DNA from: a virus | IMG/VR virus record: IMGVR_UViG_3300042518_001429 | Coordinates: 1-64,000 of that record | Direction: 5' to 3' (one strand) | Length of the DNA stretch: 64,000 nucleotides | Shown: positions 15,946 to 24,577 of the stretch, piece after piece | How the letters are laid out: every line of letters starts with the position of its first letter | How positions within the stretch are numbered: the stretch's first letter is position 1 | Made by a program: the position numbers and the translations under genes | Notes under the pieces: model-generated | The model's database searches: none | What the model was told of the DNA's origin: nothing | What the model saw: the letters and a program-made list of their open reading frames with translations, nothing else

Positions 15946-16353
15946 TTAGGATGCCTTCCACAGAGGAATATAATAACTTTGATTATCTATATTAACCTCT
16001 AAGTATGTACCTGTATGGGTTACCTCACTACCGAAAGTGCGGGAAGGGTACGTTACCGGATCAAAGCGTAGTAAAGTTTTTACTACGACATTACTGACTG
16101 TAGTTACTCCATCTATTGTTGCATTACCGGTAGCAGATAAAGATAGATTGTTACTTCGAAGAGTTAAAGCAGTATCTCCTGCAAGCTGCGCGCTACCTGA
16201 TGCGGATAATGCTCCATTTAATACAAAGTCTCCTTGAAATGGCGAGTCATGAGATGCTATAGGATCATGCCCGGAATCCGGTAAATTTATATCCGCTGTT
16301 GGAGCAGTGTGGTGGTTATGTCTATGCCACTTATTATGTAATCTTGATGACAT
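15946..16353 (-). CDS. hypothetical protein with His-rich N-terminus, fibre-like C-terminus
   Basis: MSSRLHNKWHRHNHHT; C-terminal YLEVNID...YYIPLW; late promoter upstream. Confidence 0.65.
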   Translation of the reverse strand: MSSRLHNKWHRHNHHTAPTADINLPDSGHDPIASHDSPFQGDFVLNGALSASGSAQLAGDTALTLRSNNLSLSATGNATIDGVTTVSNVVVKTLLRFDPVTYPSRTFGSEVTHTGTYLEVNIDNQSYYIPLWKAS

Positions 16354-16401
16354 TCTATATATATTTATGCATCTCTTCTAGAATAAATAATATCAACATC
16401 T

Positions 16402-17073
16402 ATGTTGTTTATAGCCGAAGCAGTATCTATGGTTCCAGAATATATCCACTTCATTCCGTTAATGATAGCATTTTTAACAGGTATTCTTGGACCGGTTCTG
16501 CTTGTTTTGATCAAACATAAATTATTTCATAAAGATAAACAGCTTGAAAGACGTAAAACAGAATTTAAGCATGCTTTAGAAATTCAAGACAAAGTTAATA
16601 CTTCCCTTAATCAACTTCAGCAAAAGTATAATTTAGATAGACTTTGGATAGCTCAATTTCATAATGGAGGCAATTTTTGGCCTGGCAACAAGTCCATGAA
16701 GAAGATGTCCATAACCTTCGAATCTACTGCACCAGGTATTGCTGCCGATATAATGAAGATGCAGAATTTGCCGGTTTCATTTTTATCTCCGGTGCTTCAA
16801 AGGTTAACGGATGCTGATGCAACTGGAGTTAATATAGATGTTTACACCGAAGAGGATTATGCATTAAGATCGTTCTGGGAGACTAGAGGTGTTCAAACAG
16901 TTTACCTCTTCCCTATTAAATGCTTAGAATCAGATTTTATCGGCATTTTTGGTGTAGATTTTGTTAAGAGGGATGGTTTTGTATCGGATGAAGTGTACGA
17001 TCAATTAAGAGCTGAAGCTCTTCTGTTATCAGGTTATATTTCTGCAATTTCCGTAGATAAGTCAGCAAAGTAA
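16402..17073 (+). CDS. putative holin-like protein (N-terminal TM + soluble GAF-like domain)
   Basis: Single TM then RLWIAQFHNGG...FIGIFGVDF; heads a lysis-like cluster; architecture parallels T4 holin T. Confidence 0.5.
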   Translation: MLFIAEAVSMVPEYIHFIPLMIAFLTGILGPVLLVLIKHKLFHKDKQLERRKTEFKHALEIQDKVNTSLNQLQQKYNLDRLWIAQFHNGGNFWPGNKSMKKMSITFESTAPGIAADIMKMQNLPVSFLSPVLQRLTDADATGVNIDVYTEEDYALRSFWETRGVQTVYLFPIKCLESDFIGIFGVDFVKRDGFVSDEVYDQLRAEALLLSGYISAISVDKSAK

Positions 17074-17086
17074 CATAATTACTTTT

Positions 17087-17350
17087 ATGAAACATATTCT
17101 TTTATTGGCACTTTTATTGAGTGCTGGGTGTGCTACAACCAAGCAGACGCCACCACCTTCTGTATCAACGGCTCAAGTTATTGTATCCTTAACTGAAACA
17201 AAAGAAACATTAAAAGAGGCTGGAGATCAGAATACAGTTGTAGCACAAAAGATCGACAAAGCTTTAACCTTAGCTGAAAAGCTAGACGCTCTTCTTGAAC
17301 AAATTGAAAAAGAGGCACAACAAGCAAACAAAAACGTAATCAAACCTTAA
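17087..17350 (+). CDS. lipoprotein, putative o-spanin
   Basis: Lipobox LLLSAG-C, Pro-rich linker, coiled coil. Confidence 0.55.
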   Translation: MKHILLLALLLSAGCATTKQTPPPSVSTAQVIVSLTETKETLKEAGDQNTVVAQKIDKALTLAEKLDALLEQIEKEAQQANKNVIKP

Positions 17351-17351
17351 T

Positions 17352-17870
17352 ATGAAATACATCCTACCTCTCATTGCGGTTCTTTTTTTAACCTCAACCG
17401 TTCAGGCCTGGCCCTTTGGAAAGAAAGAACCTAAATCACAACCTACACCAGTAGCTGTTGCTAAGCCAACACCTAAACCTACTATCAACGAAGGTAGAGA
17501 GATTGTGAAGGGCATTGCTGCTGAATTAAAAGCTGCTAAAGAAGAGAATACAAAGCTTAAAGCCTCTCTTGATAAAGCTTTACAACAAACTAAAAACGCA
17601 GAAGCTAAGACAGTAGAGGTTCAAAAGTCAGCTGATGCTCTTAAAGAGTGGGGTGTTATTCAACAGGCTGAAGCCCAGAAGTTTATGGAGAAGTATAATA
17701 GTGCTGTTAAGCGTTATCATCGTTTGAAAGCTATTGCTGCTCTTATTGCTGCTGCCGTTGGGGTGTTACTAGGTTTACAGATTATGGGCTTTGTTCCTCC
17801 TCCATATAGCTTACTGGTACCCGTAGGCGGGGCTGGATTGTTTGCAGCTCTTGTCTGGTTCTTCCTCTAA
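17352..17870 (+). CDS. membrane-anchored coiled-coil protein, putative spanin component
   Basis: N-terminal signal/TM, coiled coil, two C-terminal TM helices; adjacent to the lipoprotein. Confidence 0.5.
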   Translation: MKYILPLIAVLFLTSTVQAWPFGKKEPKSQPTPVAVAKPTPKPTINEGREIVKGIAAELKAAKEENTKLKASLDKALQQTKNAEAKTVEVQKSADALKEWGVIQQAEAQKFMEKYNSAVKRYHRLKAIAALIAAAVGVLLGLQIMGFVPPPYSLLVPVGGAGLFAALVWFFL

Positions 17871-18124
17871 TGTCTCTCGGAGACATTTATTCACAATCAG
17901 TCAAAGGTAAAGCGGTTGGAGGGTTGCCTTCTATAGGTTCAGCTGCACCCCCTATCATAGAACGCGACCCTCAAGTTCGTAAACTAGAACAAGACGTCTT
18001 TGCCCGAATGCATGAGATTGTTAAACCTGAGCCTTTAGAACAAGGGCAGGCTGCACTTGATTTGGAGTTTGTTTCTTTTGAACAGGCTTTAAAAGAATTA
18101 CAGCAAATGAATAATGGCAATTAG
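17870..18124 (+). CDS. hypothetical protein
   Basis: 84-aa ORF with TAATG coupling. Confidence 0.6.
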   Translation: MSLGDIYSQSVKGKAVGGLPSIGSAAPPIIERDPQVRKLEQDVFARMHEIVKPEPLEQGQAALDLEFVSFEQALKELQQMNNGN

Positions 18125-18148
18125 TTAGACTGAGTTCTAATTAATTCC

Positions 18149-19438
18149 ATGACATTTATCTTAACATTAATGCTCTTGGGAGCCGTTGCCGGAGCTGTAT
18201 ATTTCTACCAGCAAGGACAGGGCTGTCAACAGCAAGTAATACTTCTTCAAGAACAAATAGAAGCTTATAAAGTTAATTCAGCTCCTTTACAAGAACAAGT
18301 AACAGAGCTTAAGAAGCAAAACGAAGAACTTACTTCTTATAAAGTTACTTTACTTCAAGAGTGCGCCCGTTTGGAAGAACGTAATAAAGCATTACAAGAC
18401 CAGATTGAAGTTGTCACAGATATTACAACTCAGCTCGAGAAGCATACAGCACAGGCTATTAAGGATCAGTATTTGGCCTCTCAAGACCAATCTGTCCAGA
18501 CTTTAAAGTATGCTTTAGATCCAATCCAAGATCAGCTTAATACCCTCAGACAGCACGTCTCTGAGACCGCAGACCGTGAGACTCAGGCCCGGTCATCGCT
18601 TCTCAATTCAATTGAAGAATTACAGAAGTATCAGACAGACTTCTCTGAACGGGCTCGGGACTTAGTATCAGCTCTCACTGGACAGAATAGAGCACAAGGT
18701 GATTGGGGTGAAATGGTATTGCAGACTCTCCTTGAGACTTCCGGGCTCATTGAAGGGGTTCACTTCACCGTTCAAGGACATGCAAGGAATGACGAGGGTA
18801 CAGCTTATCGCCCGGACGTCGTGGTGCAGTTCCCTGATAACAAGAACGTAATTATTGACTCAAAAGTATCTTTGGTTTCGTTTATGCGTTTAATGAATGC
18901 TACAAGTTCTGCTGATCAGAAGGCAGCCGAGAAGGATCTCATGATGTCTATTAAGCTTCATATTGATGGTCTTTCAAATAAGAACTATGAAGACTTGTAT
19001 CCATTCGGAATTGACTTTGTAATGTTATTTGTTCCTGTAGAAGGTGCTTATATGCAGATTATGCAACTGGATCCTTCCATCTGGCAGTATGCTTATAAGA
19101 AGCGCATTGTGCTTATGTCTCCTACGTCCCTTATTCCTGCATTGCGGATGGTACATCACATCTGGCAAAGAGATGGACAGCAGAAGATGGCCGATAAGAT
19201 TGTTAAAGAGGCTTCTAACTTCTATGATAAGATTGCCGGGTTCTGTGATTCGTTTGTCAATATTGGAGATGCCCTTGAGAAGGCTTCTTCGGCATTCGGG
19301 AAAGCTAAGACTCAATTGTCAGAAGGTAAGGGCAATTTAATTCAGAGAGCCGAGCAATTCAAACAGCTCCACCTCCAACCTAAGAAGAAGATTGATGAAA
19401 GTTTATTACTGCAAAATTCATTTGAAGAGGCAGCATAA
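18149..19438 (+). CDS. rmuC: DNA recombination protein RmuC family
   Basis: N-terminal TM + coiled coil; QGDWGEMVL..LLE.SGL, RPDVVVQFPD...IIDSKVSL, HI..LS.K.Y, DFVMLFVPVE, SPTSL..AL. Confidence 0.93.
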   Translation: MTFILTLMLLGAVAGAVYFYQQGQGCQQQVILLQEQIEAYKVNSAPLQEQVTELKKQNEELTSYKVTLLQECARLEERNKALQDQIEVVTDITTQLEKHTAQAIKDQYLASQDQSVQTLKYALDPIQDQLNTLRQHVSETADRETQARSSLLNSIEELQKYQTDFSERARDLVSALTGQNRAQGDWGEMVLQTLLETSGLIEGVHFTVQGHARNDEGTAYRPDVVVQFPDNKNVIIDSKVSLVSFMRLMNATSSADQKAAEKDLMMSIKLHIDGLSNKNYEDLYPFGIDFVMLFVPVEGAYMQIMQLDPSIWQYAYKKRIVLMSPTSLIPALRMVHHIWQRDGQQKMADKIVKEASNFYDKIAGFCDSFVNIGDALEKASSAFGKAKTQLSEGKGNLIQRAEQFKQLHLQPKKKIDESLLLQNSFEEAA

Positions 19439-19448
19439 ATAATCATGA

Positions 19449-19931
19449 ATGTGGGAGTCAGTTACAAATATAGCGAAGAATGCAGCCTCGTTTCTCTCTT
19501 CAAATAGAGTACCACCAGGCACCCCTATTGAGTTACAAGATTCTTTACGCAAAGAGAATCATTTTAAGTCAAAGAAGTTCTTTTTAGCTTTTTCATCGTT
19601 TATTGGTCTGTTGTTTTTTTATCTTGTATCTGTTGCTATTTTATTTTTACTACCAGCTCAAAATGAGCTTATAGCCGGTTACGTTACAATTTTTACTAAG
19701 ACAGTTGAAATAGTTGCTATCATCGTCGCTTCTTATATAGGGGTTCAGGCAGCCATTGACTTTAAGTATGGTAGTTCTTCAAGTACTAATTTAGATTCGC
19801 TGTTAACTTCTGAGCAAAGAGAAGAAAAGATTATAGAAGAGCAGACAATAGTTTACGCTAATAAATTTAAAGACGATCCATCATATGCCCCTCTTGATTG
19901 GGTCTTTAGTTACGGAGAACAACAGCAATGA
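19449..19931 (+). CDS. two-TM membrane protein, holin candidate
   Basis: KSKKFF followed by two TM helices; ASYIGVQA.ID; overlaps endolysin start. Confidence 0.55.
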   Translation: MWESVTNIAKNAASFLSSNRVPPGTPIELQDSLRKENHFKSKKFFLAFSSFIGLLFFYLVSVAILFLLPAQNELIAGYVTIFTKTVEIVAIIVASYIGVQAAIDFKYGSSSSTNLDSLLTSEQREEKIIEEQTIVYANKFKDDPSYAPLDWVFSYGEQQQ

Positions 19932-20623
19932 AAATCTTACAAAAAGGAGATGTAAATGAAGAAGTAAAGCAGTGGCAGTTATTTTTACAATCTGCTGGTT
20001 ACAAGATTCCTTATGTAGATGGCGCATTCGGTCCTGCTACAGAAAGAGAAACTATAAAGTTTCAACTTAAGAACGGGTTAAAGCCAGACGGTGAAGTAGG
20101 GCCAAAGACATGGGCTTTTGTAACTAACGTTTCAAATAATACTCCATTATCTCAAAAATGGCCTAAACAAGATTATACTTCAATGTGTAACTTCTACGGG
20201 CCGGTTGGCGAGAATATGACCTCTTTAGAACTGCCTTATGTTATGAGACTAGCTTGGGATAAGAATGCTACCATTAAGAAGATGTCTTGTAACCAGAAGT
20301 GTGCTAAGGCTTTTTATAATGTTTTCGAAAAGACTTTAAAGCACTACGGAGAAGCTGAAATTAAAAAGCTAAGATTAGACTTATTTGGTGGTTGTGTCAA
20401 CGTTCGCAGAATGCGCGGAGGATCAGCTTGGTCAATTCATTCCTGGGGCGCGGCATGCGATGTAGATCCTGATAACAATCAGCTTAAATGGGGTAAAGAT
20501 AAAGCAACTTTTGCAAAATCCGTTTATAATCCGTTTTGGAAATTTGTTGAAGAAGAGGGTGGCACGAGTTTAGGTAGAGCACGTAACTTTGACTGGATGC
20601 ATTTTCAGTTTGCTTATCTGTAA
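19928..20623 (+). CDS. endolysin: peptidoglycan-binding domain + peptidase M15
   Basis: DGAFGPATE...FQ...GLKPDGEVGPKTW (PG_binding_1); R...S.HSWGAA.D and DWMHFQ (M15 Zn ligands). Confidence 0.9.
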   Translation: MKILQKGDVNEEVKQWQLFLQSAGYKIPYVDGAFGPATERETIKFQLKNGLKPDGEVGPKTWAFVTNVSNNTPLSQKWPKQDYTSMCNFYGPVGENMTSLELPYVMRLAWDKNATIKKMSCNQKCAKAFYNVFEKTLKHYGEAEIKKLRLDLFGGCVNVRRMRGGSAWSIHSWGAACDVDPDNNQLKWGKDKATFAKSVYNPFWKFVEEEGGTSLGRARNFDWMHFQFAYL

Positions 20624-20643
20624 TTTTTAATAAATAATATATA

Positions 20644-21135
20644 ATGGACACTTTTGATAAATTAGTAGATCAGTTATTAAACGAATTTAACGTAGAGGAT
20701 CGCAACGACCCGGCTTTCTACGACTATGCTGTATTGTTTATACAACAACTTAAACAGCGCAACATGATTAAGCCCGGACAAGATGTCCGTAAAACGTCTA
20801 TGCAGATTGTTAAAGACGGTTACTACAATTTCATCGATGAAGACGGTAACTTATCTTACAAAATCGAATTTGTTTTTGATTCAGATCAAAAGGTACCTAA
20901 TAACCTTTCTGTTATCATTAAAGAGCTTCCTTCAGGTAACACAGTAAAAGAGATTAATAACACCCACGAAGAGTCATCGATTAATGAAATTGCAGAATTT
21001 ATTGCCGCTGAACAGCAAAAGCAGCAACAAGCTGGACAAACAGCACCCGAACAAGTAGGTGAAACACCATCAGAGATGCCTAATGCAGTTAAGCCTCAAG
21101 AGCCTAATACTTCCCAGTATCTAAAGGGACTCTAA
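20644..21135 (+). CDS. hypothetical protein (late gene)
   Basis: MDTFDKLVDQLLNE-type N-terminus; TAAATA 7 nt upstream. Confidence 0.7.
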   Translation: MDTFDKLVDQLLNEFNVEDRNDPAFYDYAVLFIQQLKQRNMIKPGQDVRKTSMQIVKDGYYNFIDEDGNLSYKIEFVFDSDQKVPNNLSVIIKELPSGNTVKEINNTHEESSINEIAEFIAAEQQKQQQAGQTAPEQVGETPSEMPNAVKPQEPNTSQYLKGL

Positions 21136-21137
21136 TA

Positions 21138-21305
21138 CTACTCTTCGAAGTCTTCGGGCTCTAAACCTTTTATCTTTTCTTTAAGATAATTTAAAGCGTA
21201 TTCAATATCGCTAATGTCGTGAAACTCTCCACTGAATACTTCTGATAGGATTTCATCGACAGCATGATCAACAATTGACTCGATTTCTGGTTCTTTAAGT
21301 GACAT
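21138..21305 (-). CDS. small acidic protein (55 aa, MSLKEPEIES...EDFEE), not in ORF track
   Basis: Manual translation: ATG 21305 to TAG 21138; fills the gap between neighbours. Confidence 0.6.
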   Translation of the reverse strand: MSLKEPEIESIVDHAVDEILSEVFSGEFHDISDIEYALNYLKEKIKGLEPEDFEE

Positions 21306-21318
21306 ATATAAATCTTAT

Positions 21319-21651
21319 TTAATCTTCGATATATTTCAACTGCTTTGTTGTAAACTTCTTTTCAGAACAGAATATAGAGTAAATTAATCTTAATATACCT
21401 TTCTTAGATTCCATTACTATATCGGTACATTCTATCTTATTTTGCTCTAATTGATTAAGACCTGTTCGGATACTTTTAACAGCTAAGGCCACATCTTCAG
21501 GTTTAAATTCTCTAGGGAATATTATATGAGTTTCATAAAACGGATCAGGCATTATAGTAACACCGTTTTTAAAGAATGCTGTAACAGCTGTTTCTGCTCC
21601 TAGAAGTAAGCAGCAGTCTTTTAAGTCTTCGTTAAATTCGAAGCCAGTCAC
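21319..21651 (-). CDS. hypothetical protein
   Basis: 110-aa ORF; upstream stop forms TAAATA 6 nt before GTG. Confidence 0.6.
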   Translation of the reverse strand: MTGFEFNEDLKDCCLLLGAETAVTAFFKNGVTIMPDPFYETHIIFPREFKPEDVALAVKSIRTGLNQLEQNKIECTDIVMESKKGILRLIYSIFCSEKKFTTKQLKYIED

Positions 21652-21660
21652 ATAAAGTAT

Positions 21661-21852
21661 TTATTGACAATGATAATTAAGAAAGCGCTGAGCAGCTTTA
21701 GCAGTATTGTTACCTTTATTCTTTTGCTTAGATTTTATAGCTCTAGCTTTTGTGCAGGTCATTTTACCTTTTACCTGACGTTTTAAGATTCCAGGACGAA
21801 CAGGATCGTGGATAGACTTTTTCTCATTTATGTATTCTTTTAGAGAGATCAT
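21661..21852 (-). CDS. small basic protein
   Basis: K/R-rich, PGILKRQ...TCTKA...AQRFLN.H. Confidence 0.65.
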   Translation of the reverse strand: MISLKEYINEKKSIHDPVRPGILKRQVKGKMTCTKARAIKSKQKNKGNNTAKAAQRFLNYHCQ

Positions 21853-22961
21853 TGTAAAGTAATCATCATTCCAGCAGCATCAAATAAGCTACCACCTTCA
21901 CCTTTATATTTGAAATAAATGCCTTTGCTATTTAATGTTTTGGAGAGCTGTTCAGGATCATTACCAATAATAGATACATCAAAGCCTATACTATCACCAT
22001 TCTCTTTAAAGATTATAATATACTTAAATTCTTCAACCTTTTTAATGTAATCGGTTAAATGCATTGCCCCGATTATTTGTCCTAGCTCATTTCTTTTCAT
22101 GAGAGGTACTTTATCTAATCTTTGATTAAAGAAGTTACTGCTAAACTGAGACGTATCTTCAACACCTGACATACCTGTCCATTGATCTTTACCGAGAATT
22201 AAATCCCCGAATGTAGCAAGTTTGTATTGACTCATTAATCCCTCTAAAGCGGTTATATCAACAGCTACATCTTGTCTTGGCATTGCTTTGCCGGTATAGA
22301 TCTTTTTGAGGTTAACTCCTTGAGCGGGTATAATGTTTTTACCAATACGACCTTCTTGTTTTTTAAGCTCACAAAGCACACCATTAATTTTTAAGTCGCC
22401 TACTTCTGGTTTTGTACCATTATAAAAGAAGGCTAAAAAGGCTTCACCAGGACCTGGAGCACCTCTAGTTGCTGTTCTTGCCATAGCAGGTTTAACAGTG
22501 TTAATCAGATATGAATTAAATTCGAAGTTACCACCGTAAATTTCGTCAAGTAAATTAATAAAATTAAAACGCTCTGAGCTACCCACCTTACCAAGGAATG
22601 TCTGACCAACTTTTGTCATCATTTCAGGTGACTTTAATATCTCAATAGCTCTATTAACGTCAGTGCTATCCTTAATATATTTGAAAAAGCCTAGAACCTC
22701 AGGTTGCATCACATCATCAGTCTCTTCAGAAATGCCTGCCTGTTTGCATCTCTCTAAGATTACTTCTAAAGATATTTCTTGTGTTGAGTTTTGTAAAATA
22801 GGCTGTAATACTTTTTTATAATAACTATCACTTAATGTATATGTTTTAGGCTCAGGGCTATCTGTACTTGAAACGGTTATACTTGTACGTTCAGTTATTA
22901 GTTTGGGATCTTGACCTTGTAATAAGCAGTCGTAAATCTTATTGAGAAAGTAATCAGACAT
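21849..22961 (-). CDS. hypothetical protein, possible PD-(D/E)xK nuclease fold
   Basis: GPGE.FL...GDL.I.G..CELK motif. Confidence 0.5.
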   Translation of the reverse strand: MSDYFLNKIYDCLLQGQDPKLITERTSITVSSTDSPEPKTYTLSDSYYKKVLQPILQNSTQEISLEVILERCKQAGISEETDDVMQPEVLGFFKYIKDSTDVNRAIEILKSPEMMTKVGQTFLGKVGSSERFNFINLLDEIYGGNFEFNSYLINTVKPAMARTATRGAPGPGEAFLAFFYNGTKPEVGDLKINGVLCELKKQEGRIGKNIIPAQGVNLKKIYTGKAMPRQDVAVDITALEGLMSQYKLATFGDLILGKDQWTGMSGVEDTSQFSSNFFNQRLDKVPLMKRNELGQIIGAMHLTDYIKKVEEFKYIIIFKENGDSIGFDVSIIGNDPEQLSKTLNSKGIYFKYKGEGGSLFDAAGMMITLQ

Positions 22962-22998
22962 ATAGATATATTATTTATTAAGGATATAAATAATTGAA

Positions 22999-23178
22999 AT
23001 GTCTTTTAATAGTCTCATACAGCAATATCTCGAAGAGAAGTCAGAGCCTACAAAAGAGGACTATGAAGCTATGCCCTGGAGTCTCGAGATTGTTAAAGAC
23101 TCAAAGCGCTCAGAGACGTATAATGAGCTGGGGGAACTCATTATTAAGCTTTTTGAGCTAAGATCTAAGCTAGAGTAA
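22999..23178 (+). CDS. small hypothetical protein (59 aa, MSFNSLIQQYLEE...), not in ORF track
   Basis: Perfect TATAAATA at 22985-22992, 6 nt before ATG; open to TAA 23176-23178. Confidence 0.65.
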   Translation: MSFNSLIQQYLEEKSEPTKEDYEAMPWSLEIVKDSKRSETYNELGELIIKLFELRSKLE

Positions 23179-23407
23179 CCGGCTCAGGTAAGGTCACAGT
23201 AGCCGGCATAGGCACGGAAGGGTTAGCCAAGGTACGAGACAGTTCTGGTACTTCTTGAGGCTGGGCAAATTGAATCACCTGATTACTCTTTCTACTATTA
23301 CCCTTACGGCGATAACCTAAAATCATTACCTTACCGTCCTCGGTTTTCTGAAGAATAGGAACGAGACGGCCTTGCATTACTAGTTTGTTTACTTTTTGTG
23401 GTGACAT
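23165..23407 (-). CDS. hypothetical protein (MSPQKVNK...)
   Basis: Start moved to ATG 23407 because the longer ORF overlaps the tmRNA T-arm/acceptor. Confidence 0.55.
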   Translation of the reverse strand: MSPQKVNKLVMQGRLVPILQKTEDGKVMILGYRRKGNSRKSNQVIQFAQPQEVPELSRTLANPSVPMPATVTLPEPVTLA

Positions 23408-23424
23408 AAATTTTAATTTGAAAG

Positions 23425-23872
23425 TGGAGGTGAGGGGAGTTGAACCCCTGTCCAAATAATTTGCTCTAAAAGGTCTACATGTTTTAGTATCTTTAGCATT
23501 TCAGCCACCATACGGTGACGAAGACTTTAGGCTGCTTGGCGATACTAACCGAGTTTTTAGTCTGCCTATAGACATTAGCGCACATCTACATACGGAGGAT
23601 TCTTTTTGTTACGTTGATACAGTCCACAATTCAACAACCTCTATAATCAAAGTATCCTTAGAGGATCTGGATACTAGGGTTTAGGCTGCCATTAAGCAGT
23701 AGTTTTCTTCAGGAGCGAAGAATTCTACTACATTAGACCAAGCGGACTTAACAGCTTCAACAGCAGAGGTAATAGCCTTTGCGTTTAGTTTTTAATCGAT
23801 TTTAACGAGGCCATCGATCAACCTCGACATGCACTTTTAGTCTCAACTATCTGTCGAAACCGGTACACCCCC
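23425..23872 (-). ncRNA. ssrA: tmRNA (phage-encoded), about 448 nt, CCA not encoded
   Basis: 5' GGGGGTG-TACCGGTTTCGAC; 3' GGAC-AGGGG-TTCAACT-CCCCT-CACCTCC-A; G3.U70 alanine identity pair; pk1-like CGAGG/CCTCG; tag frame 23782-23681 ending YCLMAA-TAA. Confidence 0.95.
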
Positions 23873-23889
23873 AAATTTTCAAAGATCTG

Positions 23890-24525
23890 TTAAAGCCTAT
23901 ACAATACTTTTGTCAGAGCATTGTGTAAGCTATTAACCCCTCTAATTGTAGAACGAATTAGAGTTCTATACCAGCTAAATTTTCTTAGAAACGATACAAT
24001 TCTTCTTGAGAGCTTTTTATTCTCTATGGCTCTTTTTTCAGCCCAGAGCTTGTTATTTTTAATTCTTTCGCTAATCGGGTCTTTAGAGACTTTAATAAGT
24101 TTAATATCATCAAGCTTACCTTTGGTGAAATAGGCTTCAAACTCAAACCACCAATCATAACCCTGAATTAATTCAATATCATCCCAGGACATTTGCTCCG
24201 GGTCATCGCTAATCCAATCCCAATGATAATCATTATTGTCGGTATGAGTAGTATAGAAGTTAATTGTACCGTGAAAATCAACATCTCTCCATTCTTCTTT
24301 AATAACTTCAAAATACCCTTTTAAGAAAGCACTATCATCGTCTCTCCATTCTCTTTCTTGCCAGAGATGACGAAGTTTACCGGATTTAGTAATCTCGTAA
24401 GCATCTAAAGCGTTGTCTAAATCTTTAGTCTGAAAGTCTATTTCTTCCCAATTAACATTGAGAGCTTTAAGCTCTTTAGTTAATGGAAGCTTCTTTTTTA
24501 CGTAGAGATGATCGAACATACCCAT
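23890..24525 (-). CDS. conserved phage hypothetical protein
   Basis: MGMFD...FQTKDLD..L..YEIT..G.L family pattern; TTGCAG-N16-TATAAT promoter upstream. Confidence 0.75.
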   Translation of the reverse strand: MGMFDHLYVKKKLPLTKELKALNVNWEEIDFQTKDLDNALDAYEITKSGKLRHLWQEREWRDDDSAFLKGYFEVIKEEWRDVDFHGTINFYTTHTDNNDYHWDWISDDPEQMSWDDIELIQGYDWWFEFEAYFTKGKLDDIKLIKVSKDPISERIKNNKLWAEKRAIENKKLSRRIVSFLRKFSWYRTLIRSTIRGVNSLHNALTKVLYRL

Positions 24526-24577
24526 TTGTAGTAATTATACAGCTTTTTATCTGTACTGCAAGAATAAATATTAATAG

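Noticed and set aside
23408-23455. tRNA gene or N-terminal extension of ORF 23165..23455
   Set aside because: This is the T-arm/acceptor end of the tmRNA; there is no anticodon arm.
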